Source: Candidatus Eiseniibacteriota bacterium
Lineage (GTDB): Bacteria; Eisenbacteria; RBG-16-71-46
Direction of reading: 5' to 3'
DNA length: 59,207 nucleotides
Assembly: GCA_025357055.1 (NCBI GenBank)
Contig: JANXPZ010000130.1
Span: forward strand, 1 to 59,207
Shown here: positions 40,126-48,921 of the stretch, in pieces
How the letters are laid out: each line of letters begins with the position of its first letter
Position numbering within the stretch: position 1 is the stretch's first letter
Position numbers and translations under genes: made by a program
The notes under the pieces: generated by a model
Database searches by the model: none
Seen by the model: the letters and a program-made list of their open reading frames with translations, nothing else
What the model was told of the DNA's origin: nothing

Positions 40126-41202
40126 ATGCGAATCACCGAGCGAGTCATCCGGCGGCTGCCCAAGACCGACCTGCACTGCCACCTCGACGGCTGCCTGCGC
40201 CCGAGCACCGTCCTCGAGCTGGCCCAGGCGCAGGACGTGAAGCTCCCGACCTACAGCCTGACGCAGCTGACCAAGGTGCTGAAGGCGGGCAAGCGCACGC
40301 GCAATCTCGGTGAGTACCTCAAGATCTTCGACCTCACGCTGGCCGTGATGCAGGAGAAGGAGGCGCTCTACCGGATCGCCTACGAGCTGGCCGAGGACGC
40401 CGCTGCGGAGAACGTCTGCCACCTCGAGGTGCGCTATTCGCCGATCCTGCACCGCAAGCGGAAGCTCAGCTTCGAGGACATCGTGGACACGGTCATCGCC
40501 GGTCTGCACGACGCGGGCAGCAAGTTCGGCATGACCACGGGCGTGATCATCTGCGGGATCCGCTCGATGGACCCGAAGTTCTCGCTGGCGCTGGCCGAGC
40601 TGGCCGTGGCCTACAAGGGCAAGGGCGTGCTGGCCTTCGATCTGGCGGGGCAGGAGAAGGACTATCCGGCCAAGGCGCACCGCGCGGCGTTCGAGCTGAT
40701 CCTGAAGAACAACATCAACTCGACCGTGCACGCGGGCGAGGCGTTCGGCCCGGCCTCGATCTCGCAGGCGCTCCACTACTGCGGGGCGCACCGCATCGGG
40801 CACGGCACGCTGCTGCTCCAGGACCGCGACCTGATGCAGTACGTCAACGACCACCGCATCCCGCTCGAGATGTGCCTGACCTCGAACCTGCAGACCGGCG
40901 CGGTGCAGAACATCAAGGAGCATCCGCTCGGCATGTACTTCCGCCAGGGCCTGCGCGTCACGGTGAACACCGACAACCGGCTCATGTCGGACACCACCGT
41001 GACGGACGAGATCAAGCTCGCAGCCAGCGCGTTCCGCCTCAGTCCTTACGAGGTCAAGCGGCTCATCATCAACGGCTTCAAGAGCTCCTTCCTGCCCTAC
41101 GCCGCCAAGGCGCGCCGTCTGCGCGAGGTGAACCTCGAGACGGACCGGATCTTCATGGAGGAGTTCCCGGACGAGTACGATCGGCGCCTGACGAGCTTCT
41201 GA
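40126..41202 (+). CDS. add: Adenosine deaminase
   Basis: LPKTDLHCHLDG, FDLAG.E, TVHAGE, RIGHG, LEMCLTSN, VNTDN. Confidence 0.93.
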   Translation: MRITERVIRRLPKTDLHCHLDGCLRPSTVLELAQAQDVKLPTYSLTQLTKVLKAGKRTRNLGEYLKIFDLTLAVMQEKEALYRIAYELAEDAAAENVCHLEVRYSPILHRKRKLSFEDIVDTVIAGLHDAGSKFGMTTGVIICGIRSMDPKFSLALAELAVAYKGKGVLAFDLAGQEKDYPAKAHRAAFELILKNNINSTVHAGEAFGPASISQALHYCGAHRIGHGTLLLQDRDLMQYVNDHRIPLEMCLTSNLQTGAVQNIKEHPLGMYFRQGLRVTVNTDNRLMSDTTVTDEIKLAASAFRLSPYEVKRLIINGFKSSFLPYAAKARRLREVNLETDRIFMEEFPDEYDRRLTSF

Positions 41203-41238
41203 GGGCTCCCGCTCGCGGGCCCGGTGCGCCCGGCCCGC

Positions 41239-41308
41239 CGGGGAGTCTGAACCGGCCAGGGCCGAGCAAGGCGCCATACGCTCGGCCCTGGCCGGTTCAG
41301 ACTCCCCG
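41239..41308. repeat. Long hairpin B: perfect 29-bp arms, 12-nt loop AAGGCGCCATAC
   Basis: Arms 41239-41267 and 41280-41308 are exact reverse complements. Confidence 0.93.
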
Positions 41309-41358
41309 ACTACGCTTGCCGGGTGACAGAGCCAGCCGAACCCTCCGCACGCCGAAGA

Positions 41359-41432
41359 GCTGAGCCCCTGCCATACGGGAAGGTCGAGCGTACGGCGCCT
41401 TGCTCGGCCTTCCCGTATGGCAGGGGCTCAGC
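41359..41432. repeat. Long hairpin C: 31-bp arms (one T.G pair), 12-nt loop GTACGGCGCCTT
   Basis: Arms 41359-41389 and 41402-41432; the loop is the reverse complement of the hairpin B loop with one change. Confidence 0.93.
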
Positions 41433-41441
41433 GGGCCTCTT

Positions 41442-41517
41442 CCGGGCACTCTGCGGCGCGTCCGCGGCTCAGCGGGGCGATCCCGGGCACTTCGGAGCTG
41501 CGTCCGCGGCTCAGCGG
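41442..41517. repeat. Imperfect tandem duplication (CCGGGCACT..GCGTCCGCGGCTCAGCGG) including the stop codon of the DUF4337-like gene
   Basis: 18-bp exact core at 41458-41475 and 41500-41517. Confidence 0.75.
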
Positions 41518-42050
41518 CCGAACAGCAGGAACCCGTTGGCGAAGTACCAGATCCCGATCGAGCCGGACACGAGGCCGAGCAGCCAGAGCGGTTTCTTCTT
41601 GAGCAGCGCGGCCACGGACGAGAGCAGGATGGCGACCTGCAGGTAGATGACCGCCATCCCGAAGGTCTGGGAGTGTACGGTCGCGTCGTCGCGCACGGCC
41701 TCGAAGCGCTTCGCCTCGGCCTGGATCTCCGCCTTCTCCTTCTCGTAGCGCGCGAGCTTCTCGCGATAGCCAGCGAGGCGCTTCTCGACCTGGTCCCGCA
41801 CCGCCACCGTCCGCCGTCCGCCGTCCGCCTGCTGTCCCAGCTCGAGCTCCTCCTTCTGGATCTCGTAGAGGTAGCCCTTGATGCTCTTGGACTGGTAGTA
41901 GGCCCACTGGTTGGCGGCCTTCGTCTGGCTGAGCACGGAGCGCGTCGAGTACGAGCCGCCCTTGAAGGTCGAGAGCGTGGCGCACACCGCCAGGATCACG
42001 GTGGTGAGCGCCAGCCAGTTGAGCCAGGGTTCCTTCTTCTCGTCGGCCAT
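41511..42050 (-). CDS. DUF4337-like membrane protein
   Basis: ALTTVILAVCA TM, AANQWAYYQSKSIK, coiled coil, LQVAILLSS and a further TM. Confidence 0.75.
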   Translation of the reverse strand: MADEKKEPWLNWLALTTVILAVCATLSTFKGGSYSTRSVLSQTKAANQWAYYQSKSIKGYLYEIQKEELELGQQADGGRRTVAVRDQVEKRLAGYREKLARYEKEKAEIQAEAKRFEAVRDDATVHSQTFGMAVIYLQVAILLSSVAALLKKKPLWLLGLVSGSIGIWYFANGFLLFGR

Positions 42051-42064
42051 GGGTCCGTTCCTGG

Positions 42065-44305
42065 CTAGGTCCGCGCGACGGCGTCGGCCCAGCGGTTGAA
42101 AAGCCGCAGCGCGCGGTCGGCGGTGCGGAAGGTGGGCACGCCGCCCTGCTCGAGCACGGCGGCCATCGGGTCGTAGAGGTCGCCGGCGTCCACCACCGCG
42201 ACCCAGGGCTTGGTGGTCGCGTGATAGAGCCGCACCAGGCGGTTCGCGATCGAGTCCTCGCGGGTCAGGTCCTCGCCGTGGGCCCCGCCCTTCACCAGCG
42301 TGTTGAGCGCCATGGTCATGGGCACGCAGCCGACTAGTCCCGCGTCCACGCCCTCGTCGGCCAGCACGGCCCGCGCGATCTCCTCGTAGTCGCCGTCGCC
42401 GACGATGGGCGTGAGGTCCATCGGGTCCTGCACGCTGACGATCTCGGCGATGCGCGCGCGCTTCAGCACCTCGCCGAGCGCGCCGACCGTGGCGGGGGAG
42501 AAGCCGGCGAGCGTGAACGCGCCCAGGTTGTCGGCGATGGCCACGCACTCGAAGCCGGCGTTGGAGAGCGCGCCGAGCCGCCGTCCCGCGGGGCGCCGTC
42601 TGCCGAGCGCGACGAACAGGCGCACCAGGTCCTCGAAGTCCTCGAGCGTGTCGGCCAGCACGATGCCCGCGGCCCCGGCCAGTCGCCGGGTCACCGCGTA
42701 GTCGCCGGCGACCGAGGCGGTGTGGCTCGCGGCCGCGGCTGCGCCGGCGCTGGTGCGCCCGGCGCGGTAGAGGATGACCGTGCGCCCGCCCGCCACGATC
42801 CGGCGCGCGGTCTCGAGGAAGCGCAGCCCGTCGAGCGGGCGGAAGCCCTCGAGGTAGACGGCGAAGATCTCGACCGCCGGGTCGTCCTGGAGGAAGTCCA
42901 GGTAGTCGGCCGCGGTCAGGTCCATCTGGTTGCCGATGGTCAGGATGACGCGCGGATTCAGCGTCGCGAGCTTGTTCGCCTTCGAGACCGCGAAGGCGCC
43001 GCTGCCGGCGATGAACGCCACCGGGCTCTCGGCGCCGCGCCCGAGCGGCAGCTTGTGGTCGGGGATGAAGAGCGTGTTGTAGCGCCCCGGCACCGAGCGC
43101 ACGCCCAGGCAGTTGCCGCCGTTGATGACGGGGCCGCCCCAGGCGGTGGCGCGCGAGTCGGCGATGGCCTGGCGCATGCGGGCGACCAGCGGCTCGCTGC
43201 CGGACTTCTCCTCGAGCCCCCCCGGGATGAGGATGACGCTCTCGGCGCGCTGGCCCTCGGCGATCGCGGCGATGGCCTCGGGGGCCTGCGCGGCGGAGAT
43301 GCTGAGGATGAGCAGGTCCTGCCGCGCGGGCAGGGCCTCGAGCGACGGCACGCACTTCACCCCGTCGATCTGCTCGCTGCCCGGCTTGACGATGGTGATG
43401 TCCGCGGCGGGGAAGCCGTCGGCGAGCAGATTGCGCAGGATCTGCCGCCCGGGGTTCATGCCTTTCTCCGACACGCCCATCACCGCGGCGGTGCGCGGCT
43501 GCAGCAGCCGCCCGATCTTCGCCACCGGGCGCGCCGCCGGCAGGACGGGCGCGGGCGGCCCGAGCTTGAGCAGGGCGTCGAGCGCGACGAAGCGCCCGTC
43601 GGCGAGCACCAGCGGGTTGACCTCGAACTCGGCGATCGGGTCGGGCACGAACGCCACGGCCAGTTCGAGGAAGCGGCCGACGATCTCCGCGAGCCGGGCC
43701 AGCGGCACGAGCGCCGGGCGGCCGCGTCGCGGCTCGGTCACGAGCCGCACGACCGCCACCCTCGAGAGTGCGCGCTCGATCTCCCCGGCGCCGGTGAGAG
43801 CGGGCGAGAGCAGCGCGAGCGAGCGGTCCTCGCGGATGCTCTGCGCCAGGAACTCGGTGTGGATGCCGCCCGCGCCCAGCGTGACGACCGGGCCGAAGTC
43901 GGCGGTCCAGCGCATGCCGAGCAGCAGCTCGTGGCCGGGCTCCGCTTGGTGGGGGACGAATTCCATCAGCAGGAAGCCGTCCACGTCCTGCCCGGCGAAG
44001 CGCTGTTCCATCCCGGCGAGGCCGGCGCGCAGGGCGTCGGGCGTGTTGTCGAGGATGGCGACGCCGCTGGCCTCGGTCTTGTGGAGGATCCCCGGCGAGA
44101 CCACCTTGAGCACCGCGCGCGCGCCGGGGAAGGGCGGCGATCCCAGGCGCGCCGCATCCGCCGACCCCGCGAGCAGGATCCGCCGCGGGACGGGGATGCC
44201 GGCGGCCTCGAGCAGGTCCATGCCCTCGGGCTCGGTCAGCACGCCCGCGGCGCGATGGCGGGCGTTCGCGAGCAGGCTCGCGATCCGTGGCCGGTCGAGG
44301 CTCAC
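42065..44305 (-). CDS. ADP-forming acyl/acetate-CoA ligase, fused in beta(ATP-grasp)-alpha order
   Basis: N-terminal LKVVSP.ILHKTE.SGV, FGPVV, EFEVNPL and ALDAL; C-terminal GGNCLG, YLEG, phospho-His ASHTAS and SNAG. Confidence 0.88.
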   Translation of the reverse strand: MSLDRPRIASLLANARHRAAGVLTEPEGMDLLEAAGIPVPRRILLAGSADAARLGSPPFPGARAVLKVVSPGILHKTEASGVAILDNTPDALRAGLAGMEQRFAGQDVDGFLLMEFVPHQAEPGHELLLGMRWTADFGPVVTLGAGGIHTEFLAQSIREDRSLALLSPALTGAGEIERALSRVAVVRLVTEPRRGRPALVPLARLAEIVGRFLELAVAFVPDPIAEFEVNPLVLADGRFVALDALLKLGPPAPVLPAARPVAKIGRLLQPRTAAVMGVSEKGMNPGRQILRNLLADGFPAADITIVKPGSEQIDGVKCVPSLEALPARQDLLILSISAAQAPEAIAAIAEGQRAESVILIPGGLEEKSGSEPLVARMRQAIADSRATAWGGPVINGGNCLGVRSVPGRYNTLFIPDHKLPLGRGAESPVAFIAGSGAFAVSKANKLATLNPRVILTIGNQMDLTAADYLDFLQDDPAVEIFAVYLEGFRPLDGLRFLETARRIVAGGRTVILYRAGRTSAGAAAAASHTASVAGDYAVTRRLAGAAGIVLADTLEDFEDLVRLFVALGRRRPAGRRLGALSNAGFECVAIADNLGAFTLAGFSPATVGALGEVLKRARIAEIVSVQDPMDLTPIVGDGDYEEIARAVLADEGVDAGLVGCVPMTMALNTLVKGGAHGEDLTREDSIANRLVRLYHATTKPWVAVVDAGDLYDPMAAVLEQGGVPTFRTADRALRLFNRWADAVART

Positions 44306-44874
44306 GCGGAGACCCTCCAGCCCGCCTCGAAGGCGGCGAAGTTCATCTCCAGCGCTCGCTCGCCCTTCGCCTCGAAGGTCTGACGGATGGCGCCGTCGAA
44401 CGACTCGCGCCGGAGCGGCAGCAGGTGCGCCGCGGCGCCGACCATGACGGTGTTCCTGCTCAGCACGTCGCCGGCCTCGCGCGCGAGACGCTCGGCCTCG
44501 ACCAGCACGGCGCGCGGCAGGCGCCGCAGCCGGGCGAGGATCTCCTCCTTCGGCGGGTAGTCCGGGATGTTGATGAACGGATCCACCGACGTGACCACGG
44601 TGGCGGTGGGCGAGAGGTACGCCAGGTAGCGCAGGCTCTCGAGCGGCTCCATCGAGAGGATCAGGTCGGCCGTGCCGAGCGGGATCAGGTCGCTCGCGAT
44701 GACCTGGTCGGAGAGCCGCAGGTGGGAGAGCACCGCGCCGCCGCGTTGCGCCATCCCGTGCACCTCGGACTGCTTGACGTGAAGGCCCTCGGCCACGGCG
44801 GCCCGGCCGATCAACGCGGCCAGCGACAGCACGCCCTGCCCCCCCACACCCGCCAGCATGATGTCGATCTTCAT
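44302..44874 (-). CDS. iorB: Indolepyruvate:ferredoxin oxidoreductase beta subunit
   Basis: AGVGGQG, SEVHGMAQRGGAV.SHLR, EPLESLR, NTVMVGA, N..AF..G. Confidence 0.92.
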   Translation of the reverse strand: MKIDIMLAGVGGQGVLSLAALIGRAAVAEGLHVKQSEVHGMAQRGGAVLSHLRLSDQVIASDLIPLGTADLILSMEPLESLRYLAYLSPTATVVTSVDPFINIPDYPPKEEILARLRRLPRAVLVEAERLAREAGDVLSRNTVMVGAAAHLLPLRRESFDGAIRQTFEAKGERALEMNFAAFEAGWRVSA

Positions 44875-46487
44875 GACGGCTTCACCTCCACGAGCTTGCG
44901 CCTGCGGCGCGCGGTCTCCAGGCACTCGCGCACGGCGATCACCACCGACAGGCCCGGGTGCGCGAACTCGCCGCGCAGCAGCTCGGCGATCTGCGGCACC
45001 CGGCGCGGCAGGACCTCGACCACGTGCAGGTGTCCGGGATCCACGCCCAGCCCCAGCACGATGTCCTTCAGGCGCGCCGACGGCGCGATGGACTCCTGCC
45101 CGCCGGTCATGGCCGTGGTCTCGTTGTCGAGGATGATCAATGTCATGTCGGCGTCCTCGTGCACCGCGTCGAGCAGTGGCGTGAGTCCCGAATGCAGGAA
45201 CGTGCTGTCCCCGATGACCGCCACGGCCGGGCGGAAGCCGGCCTCGGAGGCGCCCTTGGCCATGCCCACCGAGGCGCCCATGCAGACGCACGATTCGATG
45301 GCGTCGTAGGGCGGCAGGGCGCCCAGCGTGTAGCAGCCGATGTCGGCGGTCACGGTGCTCTGGGCCTGGCCCGCGAGCGCCTGCTTGAGCGCGTGGTACA
45401 TGTGGCCGTGGGAGCAGCCCTGGCAGAGCTGCGGCGGCCGCGTCGGGAGCGCCAGGTCGCCCGGGTTCGTGAGGGGCCGGGCCGGCAGTCCCAGCGCCGG
45501 ACGCACGTTGTCGGGCGTCAGTTCGCCCTCGAGCGGCACCTCGCCCGTCAGCTTCCCGAGGATGGGCAGCGGCGTGTCGAGCAGCCCGCGCAGCAGGCGC
45601 TCGACCAGCGGATAGCCCTCCTCGAACACCAGCAGCCGCTTCACCTGCCCCGCCAGCCGGCGGATCAGGGCGAGCGGGAGCGGGTAGGCGCCGATGTGCA
45701 GGTGCGATGGACGGCTCGCGAGTTCGCGCGCGTTCTCCTCGAAGTAGTTGCGCGCCAGTCCGGTGGTGATCACGCCCAGCTCGCGGTCGTCCGGGTTGAG
45801 CGTGAGCCGGTTCCAGCGGCAGTCCTCGCTCCAGGCGACCATCTCCTGCTGGCGGCCGAGCAGGTCGTGCCACTGGCGCCGGGCGTGGCTCGGCAGCAGG
45901 ATCCACGACTGCGGCCGCAGGGCCTTGCGCACCGGGTTCTCGGGCCGCGGCTCGGCGGCCACCTCGATGGCGGTGCGGCTGTGCGCGAGCCGGGTCACCA
46001 GCCGCAGCATCACGGGAACGGCGAAACGCTCGGAGAGGTCGAAGGCTGCGGCGGTCATGTCGTAGGCCTCCTGCTGCGTGGCGGGCTCCAGGCACAGGAC
46101 CCGCGCGAAATCGGCGTAGAAGCGGCTGTCCTGCTCGTTCTGCGAGGAGTGCATGCCCGGGTCGTCGGCGACCGCGACCACCAGCCCGCCGTGCGTGCCC
46201 ACCAGCGCCGCGTTGACGAACGGGTCGGCGGCGACGTTGAGGCCGACGTGCTTCATCGAGACCAGTGCCCGCCGGCCGACGAAGCAGGCGCCGAGCGCCT
46301 CCTCCATCGCGGTCTTCTCGTTGGCGCACCAGGCCGCGAACGGGCGGCCGTGCCTGCGGCGGAACTCGAGCAGGTACTCGAGGATCTCGGTCGCTGGCGT
46401 GCCCGGATAGGCGTACGCCGAGGACACCCCGGCGTGCACCGCGCCGAGCGCGACACATTCGTCTCCCAACAGGATCCTGCGGGGCAT
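44871..46487 (-). CDS. iorA: Indolepyruvate:ferredoxin oxidoreductase alpha subunit (no C-terminal ferredoxin domain)
   Basis: AYPGTPATEI, NEKTA, MKHVGLNVAADP, DDPGMHSSQNEQD, RPP.LC.GC.H, DIGCYTL, TPP motif GDSTF..DN.TTAMTGGQ. Confidence 0.93.
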   Translation of the reverse strand: MPRRILLGDECVALGAVHAGVSSAYAYPGTPATEILEYLLEFRRRHGRPFAAWCANEKTAMEEALGACFVGRRALVSMKHVGLNVAADPFVNAALVGTHGGLVVAVADDPGMHSSQNEQDSRFYADFARVLCLEPATQQEAYDMTAAAFDLSERFAVPVMLRLVTRLAHSRTAIEVAAEPRPENPVRKALRPQSWILLPSHARRQWHDLLGRQQEMVAWSEDCRWNRLTLNPDDRELGVITTGLARNYFEENARELASRPSHLHIGAYPLPLALIRRLAGQVKRLLVFEEGYPLVERLLRGLLDTPLPILGKLTGEVPLEGELTPDNVRPALGLPARPLTNPGDLALPTRPPQLCQGCSHGHMYHALKQALAGQAQSTVTADIGCYTLGALPPYDAIESCVCMGASVGMAKGASEAGFRPAVAVIGDSTFLHSGLTPLLDAVHEDADMTLIILDNETTAMTGGQESIAPSARLKDIVLGLGVDPGHLHVVEVLPRRVPQIAELLRGEFAHPGLSVVIAVRECLETARRRRKLVEVKPS

Positions 46488-46600
46488 GGAACCTCCGAGC
46501 GGGTGTCGCAGGGTCCGCCGTGCTCGCCGGCCCGCGCTGCCGGCCGCGGAATGCCGCAGCGCAAGCGGACGAGACCACTCACGGACCCCCGGTGGATCGA

Positions 46601-46730
46601 CCGCGGTATCCTAACGGACCGGGGACGCCAGCAGAAGGAGCCGGGCGGGCGGGTTCGCGGCCGGGGCGCACCCCGACTGGCTCGAGGGGCCGTCTTATGG
46701 GGCCCGCGGGCCCGTGGTATCCTCACGGAC
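46601..46730 (+). repeat. 19-bp imperfect direct repeat CCG(C/T)GGTATCCT(A/C)ACGGAC in the divergent intergenic region
   Basis: Copies at 46601-46619 and 46712-46730; partial CTCACGGAC at 46578. Confidence 0.7.
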
Positions 46731-46819
46731 GGCTCGAGTTCATCCGTTCACCATGCGTCCGCATCCCCGTCGGGGACCCGGGCATGCATCCGTCGATCCG
46801 TCTTGCGGGGACCGGTCCC

Positions 46820-48811
46820 ATGGCATCACGCGCGTTCTCTTCGTTCCGCGTCTCGCGGAGTGCCGCCCCGGCGCTGGCCGTGCTCGCGGCCCTGACCTGG
46901 CTGGTGGCCGGCGTGTCGCCGGCGTTCGCGCTGAAGGTGGCGACCTGGAACCTCACCGGCTACCCGCCCGCGGACATCTCCACGCGGCAGCCCCACCTGC
47001 GCATCGTGCTCGCCGCGCTCGATCCCGACGTCATCGCCGTGCAGGAACTCGCGACCGCGGCCGGGCGCGATTCATTCCTCACCAACGTGCTCAACGTCGT
47101 GCAGCCCGGGCAGTGGTCGGCGACGAACTACTTCGCCACCTGCCAGAGTGCCATCTTCTACAAACCGGCGAAGGCCACGCTCACCTTCGGGGGCTCCGCG
47201 ATCCCCACCGGCGGGCCGCGGGACGTGCTCGCCGTGCGGCTCAGGCACGCGGGCTACGCGTCGAAGCTGGCGGAGATCCGGCTCTACTCGGTCCACTTCA
47301 AGGCGGGCGATGTCGCGGCCGACGTCACGGCCCGCGCTCTCGAGTGCGCGAGTCTGCGGAACAACATGAATTCCGCGACCACCGCCGTGACGTCCAACTA
47401 CCTGGTCTGCGGGGACACGAACGTCTACGGGAGCACCGAGGGCGGCTACCAGCGGCTCACCGAGAGCCAGGCCGACAACGACGGCCGCTGCTTCGACCCG
47501 CTGACGATGCCCGGGACGTGGAACCAGTACGCCTACGCCGCGTACCACACGCAGTCGACCTGCAGCAGCGGCTGCCCGGCCGGCTGGGCCGGCGGCGGCC
47601 TGGATGACCGTTTCGACCTGTTCCTCACCTCACCCACGCTGCAGGACGGCGAGGGGCTGGACCTGGTCCCGGGTGGCTACGTCGCGTACGGCAACGACGC
47701 CCAGCACTACAATGCGAGCATCAACGGGGGCGTCAACTACGCCGTGGGCATGGACGTCGCCACCGCGCTGTTCTTCTCGTCCGACCACCTGCCGGTGATG
47801 GTGACGCTCCAGGCGCCGGCGAAGGTGCTGGCCGCCTCGAGGCTCGATTTCGGCACGGTCATCGTGGGCGCGACCGCGGAGCAGCCGCTCACCGTGACGA
47901 ACGGGGCGGCCGTGCCGGCGGACGAACTCAGCTACTCGCTCGTGGCGCCCGCGGGCTTTGCGGCTCCCGCCGGCCCGTTCGCCGCGAACGCGGGCGCGGC
48001 CGGCAACGTCCACGCCGCCTCCATGGTCACCACCGATCCCGGCGTGAAGAACGGCGTCCTGACCGTGTCCTGCGACGATCCGGACTCGACGGCGAAGCCG
48101 ACGCAGCTCTCGGGCACGGTGCTGGCGCACGCCGCGGCGTCGCTCGACTCCGCGAACGTCACGACCCAGGCCACCCTCGATTTCGGCACGCACGCCCCGG
48201 GCGACTTCGCCGATCTTCCGGTGAGGGTCCACAACGCCGGGTGGGGCGCCCTGCAGGCGAAGCTCGAGCTGACCGGCGGGGTCATCAGCGGCGGGAACGG
48301 CCGCTTCTCGATGGTGGGCGGCTTCGAGCCGGCGGAGATCGCGGGTGTCGCACGCGCCTACGCCCTGCGCTTCGACGGCGCCGGCGCCACCGCCGACTCG
48401 CTCTACGAGGCCACGCTGGTCCTCTCCGGAACCGATGAGCCGCTTCCCGGCGCCTCGCCCGCGGCCGACCTCGTCGTGACGCTGCGCGCGCGCACGCTGC
48501 CGGGCGACACGGGCGTGGTCACCCCGCTCCCCGAGCGGATCGCGTTCCATCCGCCGAGCCCGAACCCGTTCCGCGGGACGACCACGCTGCGGTTCGACCT
48601 GCAGCGCGAGGCCGAAGTCTCGCTCGAGCTGTTCGACCTCTCGGGCCGGCGCGTGGCCACCATCCTGAAGGGGACTCAGCCGGCGGGCAGGCACGAGCTG
48701 CCGTGGAGTCCGGTGGCGCTGGGCCGCGGCCCGCTCCAAGCGGGGCTCTACTTCGTGAACTTCCGCACGGGCGGCTTCAGCCAGACCCGGCGGGTCGTGC
48801 TGGTGCCGTGA
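46820..48811 (+). CDS. Secreted endonuclease/exonuclease/phosphatase (DNase I-like) family protein with Ig-like domains and a T9SS/FlgD-like CTD
   Basis: Signal peptide (..SPAFA), TWNL, DVIAVQE, VHFKA, GDTN, RFD and SDHLPV; CTD PNPF..LFDLSGRRVAT..GLYFV..RRVVLVP. Start may be 46784. Confidence 0.87.
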   Translation: MASRAFSSFRVSRSAAPALAVLAALTWLVAGVSPAFALKVATWNLTGYPPADISTRQPHLRIVLAALDPDVIAVQELATAAGRDSFLTNVLNVVQPGQWSATNYFATCQSAIFYKPAKATLTFGGSAIPTGGPRDVLAVRLRHAGYASKLAEIRLYSVHFKAGDVAADVTARALECASLRNNMNSATTAVTSNYLVCGDTNVYGSTEGGYQRLTESQADNDGRCFDPLTMPGTWNQYAYAAYHTQSTCSSGCPAGWAGGGLDDRFDLFLTSPTLQDGEGLDLVPGGYVAYGNDAQHYNASINGGVNYAVGMDVATALFFSSDHLPVMVTLQAPAKVLAASRLDFGTVIVGATAEQPLTVTNGAAVPADELSYSLVAPAGFAAPAGPFAANAGAAGNVHAASMVTTDPGVKNGVLTVSCDDPDSTAKPTQLSGTVLAHAAASLDSANVTTQATLDFGTHAPGDFADLPVRVHNAGWGALQAKLELTGGVISGGNGRFSMVGGFEPAEIAGVARAYALRFDGAGATADSLYEATLVLSGTDEPLPGASPAADLVVTLRARTLPGDTGVVTPLPERIAFHPPSPNPFRGTTTLRFDLQREAEVSLELFDLSGRRVATILKGTQPAGRHELPWSPVALGRGPLQAGLYFVNFRTGGFSQTRRVVLVP

Positions 48812-48882
48812 CGGGGGCGGAGCTCCCGGTCGCATTCGGCGAGAGCATGGCGGAATCGCGGGGAGACAACGAGTGAACCCCT

Positions 48883-48912
48883 TTGACAACGTCCTGTCGG
48901 GGAGGGTAGGGT
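48883..48912 (+). promoter_or_regulatory. Sigma-70-like promoter of the TBDR operon (TTGACA-18-TAGGGT)
   Basis: Perfect -35; the in-frame TTG at 48922 lies 9 nt after the -10. Confidence 0.5.
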
Positions 48913-48921
48913 ACAGGCACT

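Noticed and set aside
41239-41432. Long hairpins as ordinary intrinsic terminators or integron attC sites
   Set aside because: No U tracts, stems are much longer than typical, no RYYYAAC/GTTRRRY ends or extrahelical bases, and no integron integrase.
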